Shown: positions 11,901 to 26,900 of the stretch, piece after piece | How the letters are laid out: each line of letters opens with the position of its first letter | Numbering within the stretch: the first letter of the stretch is position 1 | Source: Lama guanicoe | Lineage: Eukaryota | Assembly: GCA_013239625.1 (NCBI GenBank) | Contig: MU054049.1 | Location: forward strand, 2,049,892 to 2,113,891 | DNA length: 64,000 bases | Reading direction: 5' to 3' | Made by a program: the position numbers and the translations under genes | The notes under the pieces: generated by a model | What the model was told of the DNA's origin: nothing | The model's database searches: none | What the model saw: only the letters and a program-made list of their open reading frames with translations

Positions 11901-14900
11901 TCAGTAGGTTTTAGTGTATTCACAACATTTTGTAACCATTACCGGTATCTGATTCCAGAACATTTTCATCCCTGCACTATTTGTAACAAGACTGTTTCAC
12001 TCTGGGAATTTAAACAGCAATAAATAGTTAAAAGGGAAATCACGATGAGTTACAAGAGTGCTAGCTCTGTTTTGGGAAAATAGAGGCCACTTGCCCAACC
12101 TGTGTGGGTCAGTCATGTGCCAAATCATTGGTAGGCTTGGCCTGTTTTCATATAAATGGAATAATAGTGATTTTTGAACCATTTTAAGCAACAGGAGGAC
12201 AATAACTTACTTTTATCATTTTCATTGTGCCTGATGTTAACGCTCTTGTTACCTGGTAGACGAGTTATACCATGTTCTCGGTAGCCTCATGTTTGAGTAC
12301 CTGCATTATTGCTCTTTTGGCATTCAATATTAGGTTAAACAGAAAGGTGTGAACACCAGTTTCTTATTGTTATTGTGACTGGTCAACAGGGAGATTGAAG
12401 TTCTTTTTATCATGTTTCCCAGTCATTTGTATCTTTTTTTTTTTTTAATTTTTGGTGAGTTGATGACTGTTTCTTGCGTTTTGTCCTTGACCGATGGCCT
12501 TAGCATTTGTTGAATAATCATTTCTTCCCTGTCCTTGTCTTTTTATTGTATATTGAATTTTTATATTATGATTGATTCCAAATGATGTTTTGACCTTTTA
12601 AAACTGAATTTGCTTCCATATATAGCGCGTCTATGATGAAGAAGTGGAGGAGCCGGTACTCAAGGCTGAGACAGAAAAACCAGAACAGGTACTTGCATTA
12701 AAACCACTCGTCTGCTGGGTTCCTTTCAGAGAAGAAAAGTGGTGGAGATTTGTCATGCGGCTGTTGGAGGGATGGTGGGCAGGGAGATGGACGCTGGGGA
12801 AAATGGGGAAGGTTGCTCCTGACAGCCAACAACTGAACTCTTTAGTTTGTTTCTGAAATTTAGTGTATTAAGAAATGCATAGATTAAGTTCCTGAATTCT
12901 GGCTTAAGAACCAAGTTGAGGTGCTCAGAGATTGTCTGTAAAGGGCCAGGTAATAATTGTTTTGTTTGCTGGCCGCATTGGTGTCTATCTCCTCATCCTC
13001 TTTTTTTTCCCCTCCTCCTCCTCTTCTCCTTCCCCCTCCTCCTTTGAAAATGTAAAAACCTTTCTTACCTTGAGGGCTATTCAAGGAGAGGCCATGCTGG
13101 GCTGTAGTTTGTGAGTTCTTTCAAAACTGCCCTTCCCTATCTTTTTGTGGCTGCGTTGATCCTTATTCCTGCCAGTTAAAAACAGCAGTAAGATGAGTGC
13201 TGGTCCACACACAGAGTGCGTCCTGAGTGCCACAGGATGTGTCAGTACAGAGGATGCCGAATGTGCAGGCAGTGTTTATTGACTCTAGTAAGACTGCAGG
13301 AAGCTGTGACTTGGAGACCTGGCTCTCAAGAGGCTACTGTCTTGATTGGGGCGACAGGGCATAGCGTGTCAGAGCTGCCTGGCTGCTAACTGTTGGAAAT
13401 TCAGACAAGGAAGAGCTCACTTGTGTGAGAGACCAGGGAAAAGCTTCAAGGATGAGATGTTAACTGGGTGCGGAAAGTGGGCCAGATTTTAAGGCCATTT
13501 TCAGTGGGAGAGAATGCCATGAGCTCCAGTTCAGAGTTGGGAGATGTATCTGGTGTTTTATGGACTGTGTTAGTGGAAGATACTGGAGATCCGGCAAGAA
13601 GAAGGAAAAGCAGGTGAGGGGTGGGTGCTAGAGGGCTGTATAAAGCAGGCTGAGCACCTCCGACCTCTCCCCACGCTGTGGCTTCACGTGGTATAGATGC
13701 ACACCCCTTCTTCCTGGGTTCACATCACAGGCCAAAGTGTAGGTGAGAGGTTCTCGACTTGCTAGCACTGGCAAAAAGTGTACCTTTTTTCTCCTACTCA
13801 GGAAAGCTTTGTGGAATGTAAGTCTTTTATCAGAGTAACCTTGAGTTAGCTCTAATTTATTCAGAAAATACAAGTCACTTGAAAAAGTGGGTACTTTTCA
13901 GTAACTATTACCTGTAACATTATGAGAATGTTAGACTAAGAAAGGATATTAGAAACCAGCTACGGTTATGCCTATTTTTAGCCTTTTTAAAAGTTATTTT
14001 TATTTTTAATACTAGGAATTTGCTAACCACTTAAGTGCAATACTATCTGGTTATACCAAGTCAGGGTTTAATTTTAAAGTGATAGCTGTTTAGTGAACTA
14101 TTTTTAAAAATCTGCCCTGTATTTATTTCACAAGCATTTTTTCACACACTGAGTGCAATTTTAGCTACTTAACTCAGAACCAGGTACACTGGAATGCCAA
14201 AAACACATGGCTGAAACAAAAAAACTAAAGCAGAAAGACTTCCACACTTGAGGCAGAAGTGTGAACTACTCCTCAGGTTTTCCCTTTTGGCCCTCAAAAC
14301 GATGCTGTATGGTTTGGTTCTTTGTATAACCGGGTATCCACTTCTGGAATATTTGTGAGGTGGGGAAATGACACTAAATATTTTTTCAATATTTCTCACA
14401 ACTGACAACAGTTGAGTGTATGAGGGGACTGTCACTGAGAGCTGCTGTGGTGTGCAATGGAGACGTGTGGAATTTGGTGATGTGTACAGAGTTTTGTCCT
14501 GGGCAGCGTGTTTTAGGGGGGCGGGGGGACAGACATTGTTCTAGGGTGATGTGCGAGATAGATTACAGATGAAACTGACTCCTTGGTTTGAATCAGATTT
14601 ATAAAGTAATTGTAATTGTCCAGTTATTTTATTAATTGTAATTGAAAAATGGTATCTCTGTCTGAGTATTAAGTCTTCAACTCCTAGAACTATCCAAAGG
14701 GCCACTAACCAAGGTCAGTGGGATACATTCACGGTATCCCGCTTAATTAAAAATGTTAATACTGCAGGGGTTGGGTATAGCTTAGTGGTAGAGTGCGTGT
14801 TTAGCATGCACAAGGTCCAGGGTTCAATCCCTGGTACCTCCATTGAAATAAATAAATCAATGAACCCAATTAAACCCCCCCAACAAATAAATAAAAATAA

Positions 14901-17900
14901 TTTAAAAAATTAAAAAATAAAAATTGTTAATGCTGTTAAAAAATGTTAATACACTCATGGTGAAGCTAAAGTTCTAGGTCCTTCGTTCCCCTGGTAGCAG
15001 GGAGGTGAAGGGCAGTTAAGGGCCGTTTGATGTCTTGTGATGTGCATTCATTGTGAAGACACTTTTACACACCCTGTCAAAGCTGAGCCATCACACCGTA
15101 GTTGTGCTTTTGCTTTTGTAGATGATGAACCCGGTGCCCTGGAGCTCCAGGATCTTACGTAGTTCGATGCGCCTTCAATGCAGAGACAAAGTTGGAATTT
15201 AAAACTTACTCCAAAGTCTGTGTTGAGGCATTCAGCAGAATCTGACTTTTAACATTTTTCATTGTTTAACATCTTAAATTGTTGAGACACTAAAATTTTT
15301 AATTAAGATATTTTTTGGAGCATGAGTCTAAGCTTTATGGAACATCCCTAGTTTTTTATTAGGGTATTATCAATATATTGGAGGTCTTACTGAACAGCAT
15401 TTTTTTGTAGGAGAAGACCCGGGAACAGAAAGAAGTAGATCTGATTCCTAAGGTCCAGGAGGCTGTGAACTATGGCTTACAAGTGCTGGACAGTGCATTT
15501 GAGCAACTAGATATAAAAGCAGGAAATTCAGACTCTGAAGAAGATGATGCTAATGAGCGGGTGGAATTGATCCTGGAGCCAAAGGTAAAGACACTCAACT
15601 GAAATATTTATTGTCACACCTGTTGTGTTTTGGGTACTTTACTTGGGCACAGAGTTGGTAAGACACGGACTTCTAGGAAGTGAGCATGTCACTTAGCCAT
15701 CTCACCTTGACTCCGTCAGAGAGACTTGCTGTACACGAGCATCAAGTGAGCACTTACTAGTTGCTAGCATGCCAAGTCGGGGAGTGCAGAGATGCAGGGC
15801 ATGGTTCCTGACCTCAAGATGCCTATTACAGCAGTGTCAGATGGTGGGGAAGAGGGGACATTTCCGAGAGACACCATCACGAGTGCTGTGAGAGCGAACT
15901 GACTTCCAACTGGGGAAATTAGGGTCAAGATGAGATTTGAGCTGAGTTTTGGAAGATGAGGAGGCTCATGAGAGGTAGATGTTGTTGGGAACCTGACATT
16001 CTGTAGCTTGCACTAAGAGAGACCGCAGAAGTGGTAAAAGACGTGTGGGTTGGTCCCACGTCGTGGCCGTTATGAACAGAGCTGCCACGAACGTTCACAA
16101 GGAGATTAGCTTAGCAGGTGTTTGTTGCTTTACTGTGATGCTCTCTAAAATTGGCAAAGGAGGCAAATGGGGCAACGCAGAGTCGCTCAGTGCTAAATAC
16201 AAGAGGTTGCTGTACTAAACTTGCAAGTCCTTGTGAATTGAAGCATGCCACAAAACCAGACTCCTAGGGCTTCACTTAGCTGCACATTCCTCTTCCAGTT
16301 GGAGCTGACAGCGCCGCCGTGCCAAGCTGGGGCCAATCCTTTAGCACTGGTGCAGTTCCCAGCTTGCTTTTTCACTGAAGGGACTTAGAAGTCAGTCAGC
16401 AAACCCTGGGAAGTGTATTGCAGGGGCCACACTTGCTACTTCCAGGTCCCACACCACTTTCCCTGTGACAGGAGGCCGCGGGAATGCCAGCTGAGTCAGG
16501 GAGCAGTTAGCCTGGTTAGCATTTTTCTTTCTTTGCACGAAATTGGTTGCTGTTGTATCTTCAACCTTTACATATTAACCTTCCCAGACTTTCTGTTGTT
16601 TGTGGAGCATCCGAATTGTTCTTTCCTGCCCCCAGGCTCTTTTCTATGAGCGATATTAAGGCCAAAGGGCCATATCTCACCGTGGAGGTGGGAGGTTGTA
16701 GGTAGCCATACGGTGGAGCGCTTTCTTGACCCTAAGTTTTGAATGTGTGTGATGGCCTGAAATGGAAGGCTTTCCAACATGTAATACCGTGTGCCATGGC
16801 TCCTTCATTTCATTCTGTTGTTTTATCATCCGGTCTTATTTTACAGACTTCACTGCTCCGAATTCTACCGTGTGAACCTCTGGGGGACCATTTTTGTTAA
16901 TATAATTAGGCTCTTGAGAATAGAGATCCTGTATGACTCAGCTTTACTTTGTCATCTTTACCTAGGATTTGGCTTTTTTTAATTGATGATTTTTGTTTTT
17001 AATCCTGCTGTGTTTCTTATTCTCCACTTCTATCATATAACCTTTTTAGGGCAGTCAGATGGAACGATATCACATGGAATACCTAATTTTATTTTCAATC
17101 TGAATATTTAATGGCTTATCCCCTTTCATTATTTGCAGGATCTGTACATTGATCGTCCTTTACCTTACTTAATTGGGTCAAAGCTATTCATGGAGCAGGA
17201 AGATGTAGGCCTTGGAGAGCTTTCTAGTGAAGGTACTCTTTTGCACCAAATATTTTTGTTGCTTTTAACATTTAGAAATACTTTCAGACCTTAAAGTTAT
17301 GGCTAGTACAAAGGATGCCCACATACCCTTTACCCACATTTACCATTTTGTTAACATTTCACATTTGTCTTTATCATTCTCTCTCTACATAATACATAAT
17401 ATTTTTTTCTGAACCTATTTGGGAGACATCACACAGAGGCCGGGCCCTCTTACTCCTGTATACAGTTGGCTCTCCAAATCCACGAGCTTTGCATCCGTGT
17501 ATTCAACTAACCTGGATCGAAAATATTTGGGAATAAAAAATTCCAGCAAAAAAGCAAAACTTATATTTGCCATGCACAGGCAACTGTTTACATAGCATTT
17601 ACATTGTATTTATAGCTATTTACACATCATTTGCATTGTATTAGGTATTGTAAGTAACCCGGAGATGATTTAAGGTTGTATACGAGAAGAACATGGGAGG
17701 TTGTGTGTGTAAGTTGTGTGCAGATACTATACCATTTTGGTATCTGTGCATGTGCGTGTGTGTGGCGGGGGTTGTCCAGGAACCAGTTCTTCAAGGGGCA
17801 ACTGTTTCTTTGTGTATTTTCTAAAAATAAGAACATTCTCTTAGAGTTACATATTCTGCATATTCATTTGAGTGTCTGTCATCTGGGTTGGACATGTGTA

Positions 17901-20900
17901 TTAGGCTCTGATGTGAGGCTTTTAATATGAATATCCTGTTCATAAATTTTAAAAAACTGTCAAAGTGGTTGAATCCTGTGAGACTTGGCAAGTATGTGCA
18001 AATCAAGTATACTTGACTTCAACTTTTTTCTGTGAAATAAAGTCACCAGTTGTCAGTTCTCTAACAAGAGCAACAATAAAAAGGTACTATTATCACGGTT
18101 AGGAAATTTCACCGGACATAATACTAGCTAATCTTCAGTCATATTGAGATTTTTCCAGCTGTTGCAATAATGTCCTTTACTGTGTCTCTTTTTCTCTGAT
18201 CCAGTGTCCAATCCAGGCTCGCTCATGCATTTAGTTCTCAGATCTCCAGTCTTTTTAGTCTGAATAGCATTTCTCAGCCTTTCTTTGCTTTTCGCAACCT
18301 TGACATCTTCAAAGAGTACAGCCTAGTTTTTTTCTTTGTAACCAGTATATTTTTGGTAACCCATTAGCGTCTTGTGGGGAGATACTTGAGGCTATGTAAA
18401 TGTTCCGCTCGTCACTGTAGTGAAGATATTTTTAATCCCAGTTGATGGATGTATTTGCTTTTTATCAGAATCTCTTGATGTGGATGTGTGGGGCTTTGTG
18501 ACCTTGAGAAGGAACGGAGGTTGTTTTCGTATGACTAATGGTGATAACCTTTGTCTTTCTTCTAACCAGAAGGTTCAGTAGGCAGCGATCATGGTAGTAT
18601 TGCGGACAGTGAAGAAGAGAACGAGGAAGAGGTAAGTGCTTTTTGATGAGTCCAGGTCATGGTGGGCAGGAAACTTGGGGTGTGTATAGTGGGCTAAGTG
18701 GATAACTTGTTTGTGAATAAGCAATTCATTTACATAAAACCTTTGCTAGTGATGGAAGCCATGTTCTGAAGTTTTTTCCTTGAGTTGGGGGTTCCTTTTT
18801 GTTTTGTGTACTGAACCAAGGAGAACTGCTTTAATCTCTTTTACCATCACCCTCCCTCCCACCTCCCTGCCATCTCTTATTGCCAATCTGTTTTGAGCGG
18901 GGCAGCTTGGATATTTGGGTGGAATTTCTACCCGAGATGTAGTCTTTGAGTAACTTCTATCTTTGAATAATTGCAGGGAAAGAGTCTACATTTAAAACTT
19001 TTTTTTTTTTAACTATAAAACCTTGTAGATCAGAAGAATGCTAAAAGCATCCACATACATTTTAGCTTTGCGTTGCCTCTGGCAGCTTCATACCCACGAA
19101 ACGTCATCTGACCTCCTGCTCTGGGGTCTCAGGGTCCGTGGGCCTTGACCACTGTTATGTTTAGAGTTGTTCCTTTAAACGAAGTACTCGTTATTGCTAC
19201 GGGCAGAAACACTTTGAAGGATGGTTCCCGAGTGTCAGTTTTTAAAAGGAGAGTTTTGTACGTGTGCTCTTCTCTCCTCCTCCTGCTCCATTCCCACTGT
19301 CCCCTCTCTCTAGCCCTGCTTCCTCCAGCCCTGCAAACAAAACACCTCACAGGAGGAAATAAGCTTTTCTTAAATAACCTGGCCATAACTGATGGTCATT
19401 AGCAGAATCCTTTGCTTTTAGCCATTGAAGCACCTCTTTACCTAATTGCTGGTGTGAAATACTGCTGTTCCCTCCTTGGGCCTGTTGGTATAACTGTCCC
19501 ACTTAGAGGGAATAGAGGGCAGAGAATCCGAAGCGTGAAATAACACAGACCAGCTTTTGATAATTTAGTCAATTAAATGTGCGACTCTTACTTTAAATTC
19601 AGAGGTTAGAGAAGATACGGCCGATTGATATGAACAAATTGTTAGAGGAATTTAAATGAATCACAAAAATTACTTGTTCACCAGAGCAGCCGTTGGTGAT
19701 AATGCTAACTCCACCTTATCTGCACTGTGATACTTAGGTGACCTGTAGTCGGTACAGAGAAACTGGTGTTGATTGTCCCAGAGACTTAGACCCGAAAATC
19801 ATTTCTATGCTTCCAAGTAAAGCTTCTGTTCACAACAAAGCCTTTTTTTCCCCCTTAAAGGAGTCAGATGAAGATTTTGCCAATCACAGTGACAATGATC
19901 AAAACCAGGTAAGACTCATATGTTGAAGTGACTTGTAAATTTTAATTAAAGCACAGCATATACCTTAAATATATACTGAAATTACTTCCGAGTGACTTAT
20001 GGGAAAGTAAGGATTTATTCGTGTTTACTACTATTCATGTGTTTCCTTCAAGTATTTCATGTTTTTAGGCTAACTACCCCCTTGTATATTTTTTTTCAAT
20101 TTCACTTTATATTTTATCTTCATTTTTCTTAGACAACAAAGAAGTAAAAAACTGAATTGAGGAAACAGAGCCTCTAAAATCAAGTCTAGTTACACAAACT
20201 GAATTTTTCACATGAATCTACCTTCCTGTTTTAAAATTTGAGATGATATAGCAGTAAGGTTAAGGAACACTCAAAAGATGGAAATTCTCTAATTCCACTG
20301 TCTTAGCACTGTTGTCTTAATTTTTGCACACCCTTCTAAGGATACATTCTTTTCATAACATATGTAGTTTATTTTTGGCTATTTTATATTAACATATCAT
20401 AAGTGTTTCATTGTCATTTTAAATAGTCTTTGTAATTTGCTTTGTAAACATCTATTTTTTTAAAACATACCAATGTACAATACTGTTGCAGTCTCTAAAT
20501 GTATATGGAAATAATTTATTCAAATATTTTTATTTTTGAGATAATGCTGCGTTCAGTGTCTTCATACATAAAAATCCTTTGCTTCTGTGAACTCTTTTCT
20601 TAGGAATTAGGTGGTGCAGAGTTACTTGATTCTGCTGTCTGGTGGACTTTCCAGATTAGCAGATCATGCATGATGATTTTCCCAGAGTCTTATCCGCCCT
20701 GGGATTATAATTTTTGCTACCATGTACAGTGGTATACTGAGATCATCCCAGTTTGCATTTCACTTTCCTAATTGGGAAATATTTTTTCACAAAAGTTTCC
20801 AGCTGTCGAATGAAGGATTTAGTACTTCTTGGTTGGTACTTGCGTTTTCCCAGTTGTGTTCACAAATGTGGCTCATCTTTATCATTTTGATGATTGGTCC

Positions 20901-23900
20901 TTCTGTAGAATTACTATCAAGATCCATAAATTCAGACAGCTTTTCAAGTAATACAATATGGTGATTAAAAACATTGGCAGAACCATATGTTTCTATCATT
21001 AAAGATTTATTTTGTGTGCCGCCACTAACCTCAGCGTTTTAAGGATTAAATTTGTTTTAAAAGTGCTTTAAGCATAGTGCCAGGCACAGTTTATTGATTT
21101 AAATGCTAAACAATTTTAAAAAATTATACAATTTTTACATGCCAGTGGCTGCCTTTGTAGAAATTAGAACTTAACAGATAAGACGAAGTCCAGTTCTCAT
21201 CTCACTTTCCAGAGGTAACTGGTGTTAGCATCTGGGAGTGTGTATTTCCAGGTATTTTCTCTGCTTCTACAATATGTCTGTGTCCATAGAAGTGACTTAG
21301 TATGTGCATCTGGGGTGGTCAGGATACCATTCTGGGTACATCATTCACTGTTTTGTCACTTGATCAGCCTTGGATGTCTCTCCAGTCATTATGGCTTATT
21401 CCTTTTAACTATAAGTATTTTTATTAAGATAAGACTATAGTTTATTCATTTCTCTAGTGGTGGCCATTTTTAATATTTCAGTCTTTTTCTCTTGCACTGA
21501 AAATAAATCTCATGTCTTGTTTGTCCTGGCGCATTTAGTGTGTGTCATAACTTTTGGTGCATTACTTGTTCCCGTTTTGAGGGAGAAGTCTGAAGCCTCA
21601 GTGGCAGTGTCTCCATTTCAGCTTGATAACCGTGTCTAATGGTTTTAATCTGGTGGTTTGGACCCTTAGCACACTGCACAGCTGAGTGATGAAGAAGAGG
21701 ATGATGACGGTTGTGACATTTTTGCTGACTCCGAGAAGGAGGAGGAAGACATTGATGACATCGAAGGAAATTCCAGACCTGTAAGAAAGACTGTAGTTGC
21801 CATTGCTTGGCAAGGTTTTAGAAATGGTACCCGGGATGCATTCCTCTTACTGTCATTTATATTCGTAAACGTCTCATTTTGCATCCTATTTGTAGTTTCA
21901 CTTAACACTTTTAGAAATAATGGTTGAACATCCCAGGTGGCCTTTCAAGTACCACTTTCTTCTGCAAATGTTAAGATTTTACAGGTTAGAGCATTCAAAA
22001 TGTATTCAGTTCCAGAGTTTTAAGACCCTAACACTCCTCCCCCAACCCCCGAGCACCTCATGGTAGTTTTCTTATCTAGATCTTTCAGTATTAAAGTGAA
22101 ATATAAAAAAAAATTGGGAACTAAAGAACATCCCCCTTTGAAGGAATACTAAGTCATGTTTCTCAGCTGATCTGTGTAGGGGGCAGATGTTTAAATTTAT
22201 TTATTTAGTCAAACCTTATTTTCTCATAAGTTCAGTGTCTTTGCCGTCATTTACATAATTTTGTTAGGTGTCCAAAAGTAAATGGTACTAGTTTGTTCCC
22301 AAAACATGTTCCCGAAAAGTGATTCTTCTGGTCTTTTCCGCCTGTAGAAAAGAGGTAGACCTACGTCATTTGCTGATGAGCTGGCGGCTCGGATCAAAGG
22401 GGACGCTGGGAGCCGGGTGGAAGAGGAGCGAACAGGTGCGTCCACCGCCGTGAGATGAGCTGACAGGGCAGTGGGAGGGGCAGGACCCTCTGCCGGGCTT
22501 CACTGAGGGTGTGTGGCCTTGTTTAATTACTAAGGCACAAGAGGCTTCAGTTGTAGTTCTTACTCTTTTTGGTTTATAGACTCTTTGATAACTAAACACT
22601 GTGGATCCTCCCTGCCTTCCCACCCTGCCCCCAAGAAAAATGCATACATGCGCATCTCTAATGCAGTTTCCAGGGGTTCGTGTATACCACAGAGAACCAT
22701 GGGCCCCAGATTAAGTATCCTTGGCATAATATTGACTCTTACATTTTATTGTGACTAGATAAAAAAGTACTGTACGCTATATTCTAGTGATTTAACGGGG
22801 TGGAAAGATGCTGCCAAACTCCTACAGCAAGTATAGTCCTGGTGTGTGAGCAACCCCGGTGTGAAAGTTGTAGCTTCCTGCCTTAAAAAGGAGGCACTTT
22901 TGAGCGTCTGCTCTGGGTAAGGCCCTGCGGGAGGTGTTCAGATGGAGCTGAGATACAACATTGAAGGTCTCGCTCTTAGCTTAGGAGTTGTGAGGGTGGC
23001 AGAAGTGTGTAAAGAATCAGCAGGTAAACACTAAGAGTAGAGTGAGTGTTGTTAAAACTGACATATTCTTCAAGCCTTTTCCCCAGGGGAGGCCAAACCT
23101 CGGAAGATGCTGAAAGAGAAGAAGGAAAGGAAAAGCCCCTCAGATGGTACGCCTTCCCCCTGAATTCTGTTTTAGGAGGCTCTTGACTCAGGGATGGCAG
23201 TATCTCTTATATTAAGTCATAAGAGCTCTTTCAGTGCTGACCAATGATCTCTGTCTCCATTCACTTTTTCAAAGCAATAAAGAGCATGCTTTTGGGGTGA
23301 CAGTGTGGAGAAAAAAGGCTTTAAAGATTTGGGTTACTAGGTTTTATAGGGCTCAGTAGCTGTTTTTCTGGAACTGTCTAGAAACTACGAGTCTCTGGCA
23401 TTTGTTTTCGGTGAAGAATGTATCAGGCTCTTTCACGTTAAACAGTGATGTCCGTTATATTCCCGCTTGTGACTGCCAGTCTGCACGTCTTTCTTCAGTC
23501 TGTCTTTCCTTTTCCCAGATTCTTGGTGGGATGATTCTTGAATGGCAATTGGACCATATACTTGCTTCAAAAGAAATTTAGATGAAGGGGGTTGCCTACA
23601 GAATTTGTCATGTTCTAGACATTTACAGACTTGAGGGTGGGAACCCAGGGCTGAATTTTAAAGGATTTTAGTGGATCGTTCAATGAGATTTTGGCTGAAA
23701 GTCCTCCAATGACTGGCATTCAAATAGTCCTCGTTCTATACAGTTAGATGAACTCCATGCCAAATTTGGAGGTGTTGTAAAAGCCAGTCCCCAAAATTGG
23801 AGTTCCAGTTCCAGACCCGTCTTTGAGTCTCCGTGCAAAACATTGCTTTCTGTTTGCCAGATGAGGAAGATAACCTCTTTGCACCCCCTAAGCTGACGGA

Positions 23901-26900
23901 TGAAGACTTCTCGCCATTTGGTTCTAGAGGTGGCCTGTTCAGCGGAGGGAAGGGACTTTTTGATGATGAGGACGAGGAGGTGAGTCGGGGGGGACTCAGC
24001 GAAGCCATCCATAGCTGTGTCGTGGATCCACAGGGAAGAAATGCGCTTTGTCCCTTTAGTCAGGGCAGGATGGCTTCGTGGTTGGAAGTTGCTTCTACTT
24101 TCATATTTTGGGAGCTTTTGAACTAAGAATCACAAAGTGAGGAAATACTGTATCATGATAGCCTTCAAAGTGGGGAGAGGATGTGGAAGTGTTAACAGTA
24201 AACAGTTCACTTGTTTAGGTGACTGTTTCTTACCTGATCTTTTGTCCTCTTCCATGTTTGTATTTAATTCCTGGACAGACCTAAATTATTTTAGCATCTG
24301 ATTTTCCCATAGTCTTTACTTCGCAACTGATTTTCTGGCAGAGGAGTAAATAATGTGTATCTTTAAATTTACAAGGCACTTTTCTTTAGAAATCCTTGAT
24401 TGCAGCTGCATTGTACTCTGATGTTTTGAATCATGTTGTCTCCTTTGTTATGAGCAGAGCGACCTCTTCACAGAAGCCCCCCGGGATCGGGACGTTCGAG
24501 CCCCCGTTAACAAAGGTGAGCGTGGATCGAGTCTGGCTGTGCTGCTTCGCACACAGGTTTCCGGAGCTGTCTACTTCCCACCAGGAGGTGGAACCCCTGG
24601 CATTGTTCCCAGGTTCTATTTCCCTGTTAGGCAGGAAGCTGTCGTGTTTGCCTTGGTCGAGTTAAAAGCAGCTCATTTGCACTAATTCACGTCTTAGAAA
24701 AAACAAGAAATACCATCTGTAAACCCCTGTCACAGTGCTGTTTCTTAGAGAATTCACAAAAAGTCAGCCAGGGAAAGTGCTCCCACCCCATTGAGGATAT
24801 TTTGATTTAATCAAGTTTAGTTCAAAGAAAGATTTCTGAAATTCTGCATATAAACTGGAGATCAGTCATTCCCAGCCCAGTGTGCATTAGAATAATCCGT
24901 GGCACAGAAGCAGTTTTAAAAACTTAAAAATTTTGTTCCATTAGGTCTGTGATAGTTCTTGGGAATTGGATGAGTTCTTTTATTTTATTTTATTTTTAAT
25001 TTTATTAAAAAATTTGCTTTGTTTGGGGAAGGTAATTAGGTTTATTTAATTTTGGAGGAGGTACTGGGGATTGAACCCAGCACCTCGTGTATGCTAAGCA
25101 TGCACTGTATCACTTGAGCTATACTCTCCCCCTAGACGAGTAATTTTAAGCCACTCGGTCCCCAAGCCACAGGTTGTCAGATTTGAGACTTCTGATGATG
25201 CTGGCTGACCGAGCTGTCTTGAGCTTCCTGCTCTCCATCCACTTTTTAGCATTGGTGCCTCGTCTAGTTTCCTGCTTTCCTGTTATTGTCTTCATTTTTT
25301 CACTGATGTCTCTGATTTTTTGCTGGTTTGTTTTTTGTTTCTTCTTTTTTTTTTTTAACGTGTTTGTTCTCGTCAAACTGAACTGGATGGAGTCAGAACA
25401 GTTAAGGAGTCCTGCTTGCTCGGCCCTTGTCTCCCCCATTCGTGCTCTACATCTTCCTTGGTCTCCCCAGCCAACCCTACAGCTACTGTCAGCCTAGAGT
25501 CAGCAATCTTGCGGGGAGTCACAGCCTAGGTTGTACTAGTACCAAGGAAAAAGTAATGACATCCACAGAGAAGACAAGACTAAGGAGTTTTAAAATGCCT
25601 CTTTTATGAAAAATTTGTTTTTCAAAGTCTCCTATCAGCTATGTGTCGTGTTGCACGTGTTCTAGGAAGGTGCCTTTAACAAAGTTATTTTCTTTGTTGA
25701 AATGTTATCTCTGTTTCTCATTTTAGCACCTTCATCCTCCAAACCTGGAAAGAAAATCCCAGCAGGAGCCGTCTCTGTGTTCTTAGGTATCAGAACTTAA
25801 GAGTTTGTTTTCAAAAACTATGTGAATGTCATTTTATCATTTGTGAAATTGTCATCTTCTGAGGGTGGGCTGGCTGGAGAGGGGAGGAGAAAGAGCTTCC
25901 CAAGGCATCGAACAGCTTGCAGGAAGAGCTCACTCACCTGTCTTAGCTCATATTCTCTTAGAAATCAGTGGCCTTGGGCTTTCTCGGGTTTGAGTGACCC
26001 CTGTGGGGACATTCTGTATCAGGAGAGGATGGAAGTGATTGGGTCATATTAAGGTGCTTTGTGAATGAACTGAGACTACAAGTTCCTGGCAGTGATTTTT
26101 TTTTTTCCTGCTGTAGAGTCAGGAAGCCCACCGACTGGCTCACGGCTGGTTTGTCCTGTCCCTCTACCCACAGGGGACACTAATGTGTTTGGTGCTGGCT
26201 CTGTTCCATCACTGAAGGAGTCCCAGAAGCCCGAGCAGCCTGCTCCGGGGAAAAGCTCGCACCCGCCAGCGTCTGCCAGCCTCTTCGATGACGAAGACGA
26301 CGATGATGACTTTTTTGCGGTCTCCCGTAGCAAGCCTTCCAAGACAGGTACTGTTCCAGCCCCTGTCCCTCGGAATTTAGCCAGAAAAATGATGTTGAGC
26401 TAAAAAGGGTGTAAAATCCCTCCAGTTTCTTACCTCCTGCAGCACCAGAATCCCTCCTCCAGATTCCTGTCACAGAGTCATCTCATCTCTGCTAAGACAC
26501 TTACGGTGCCTTGGAGGTCTCTATTTTATGGGCCAATCTTTTCTGCTTTGGAAAATAATTACTGAGATTTTCTTCCCTATAATAGAGCGAGAAATCTGTT
26601 TGCCTCTAATGTATGGTTGAGATTCTTGTTTTGTCCTTTTTGATTACCGAGGCAGTTTTTTTGTTTTTGTTTTGGATTTTTTTTGTTCATTGCATTTTTT
26701 ACAAGGGAGGTAATTAGGTTTGTTTATTGTATTTGTTTTTGATGGAGGTACAGGGAATCGAACCCAGGACCTCATGCATGCTAAACATGCGCTCTATCAC
26801 TGGAGCTATACCCTCCCCCTGATTACAGAGGAAGTTTTAATCACACTGTCTTCCAGAGTCCTTAGTGAACTCCATGAGCAGAACGTCATGTGCTAGCTGT

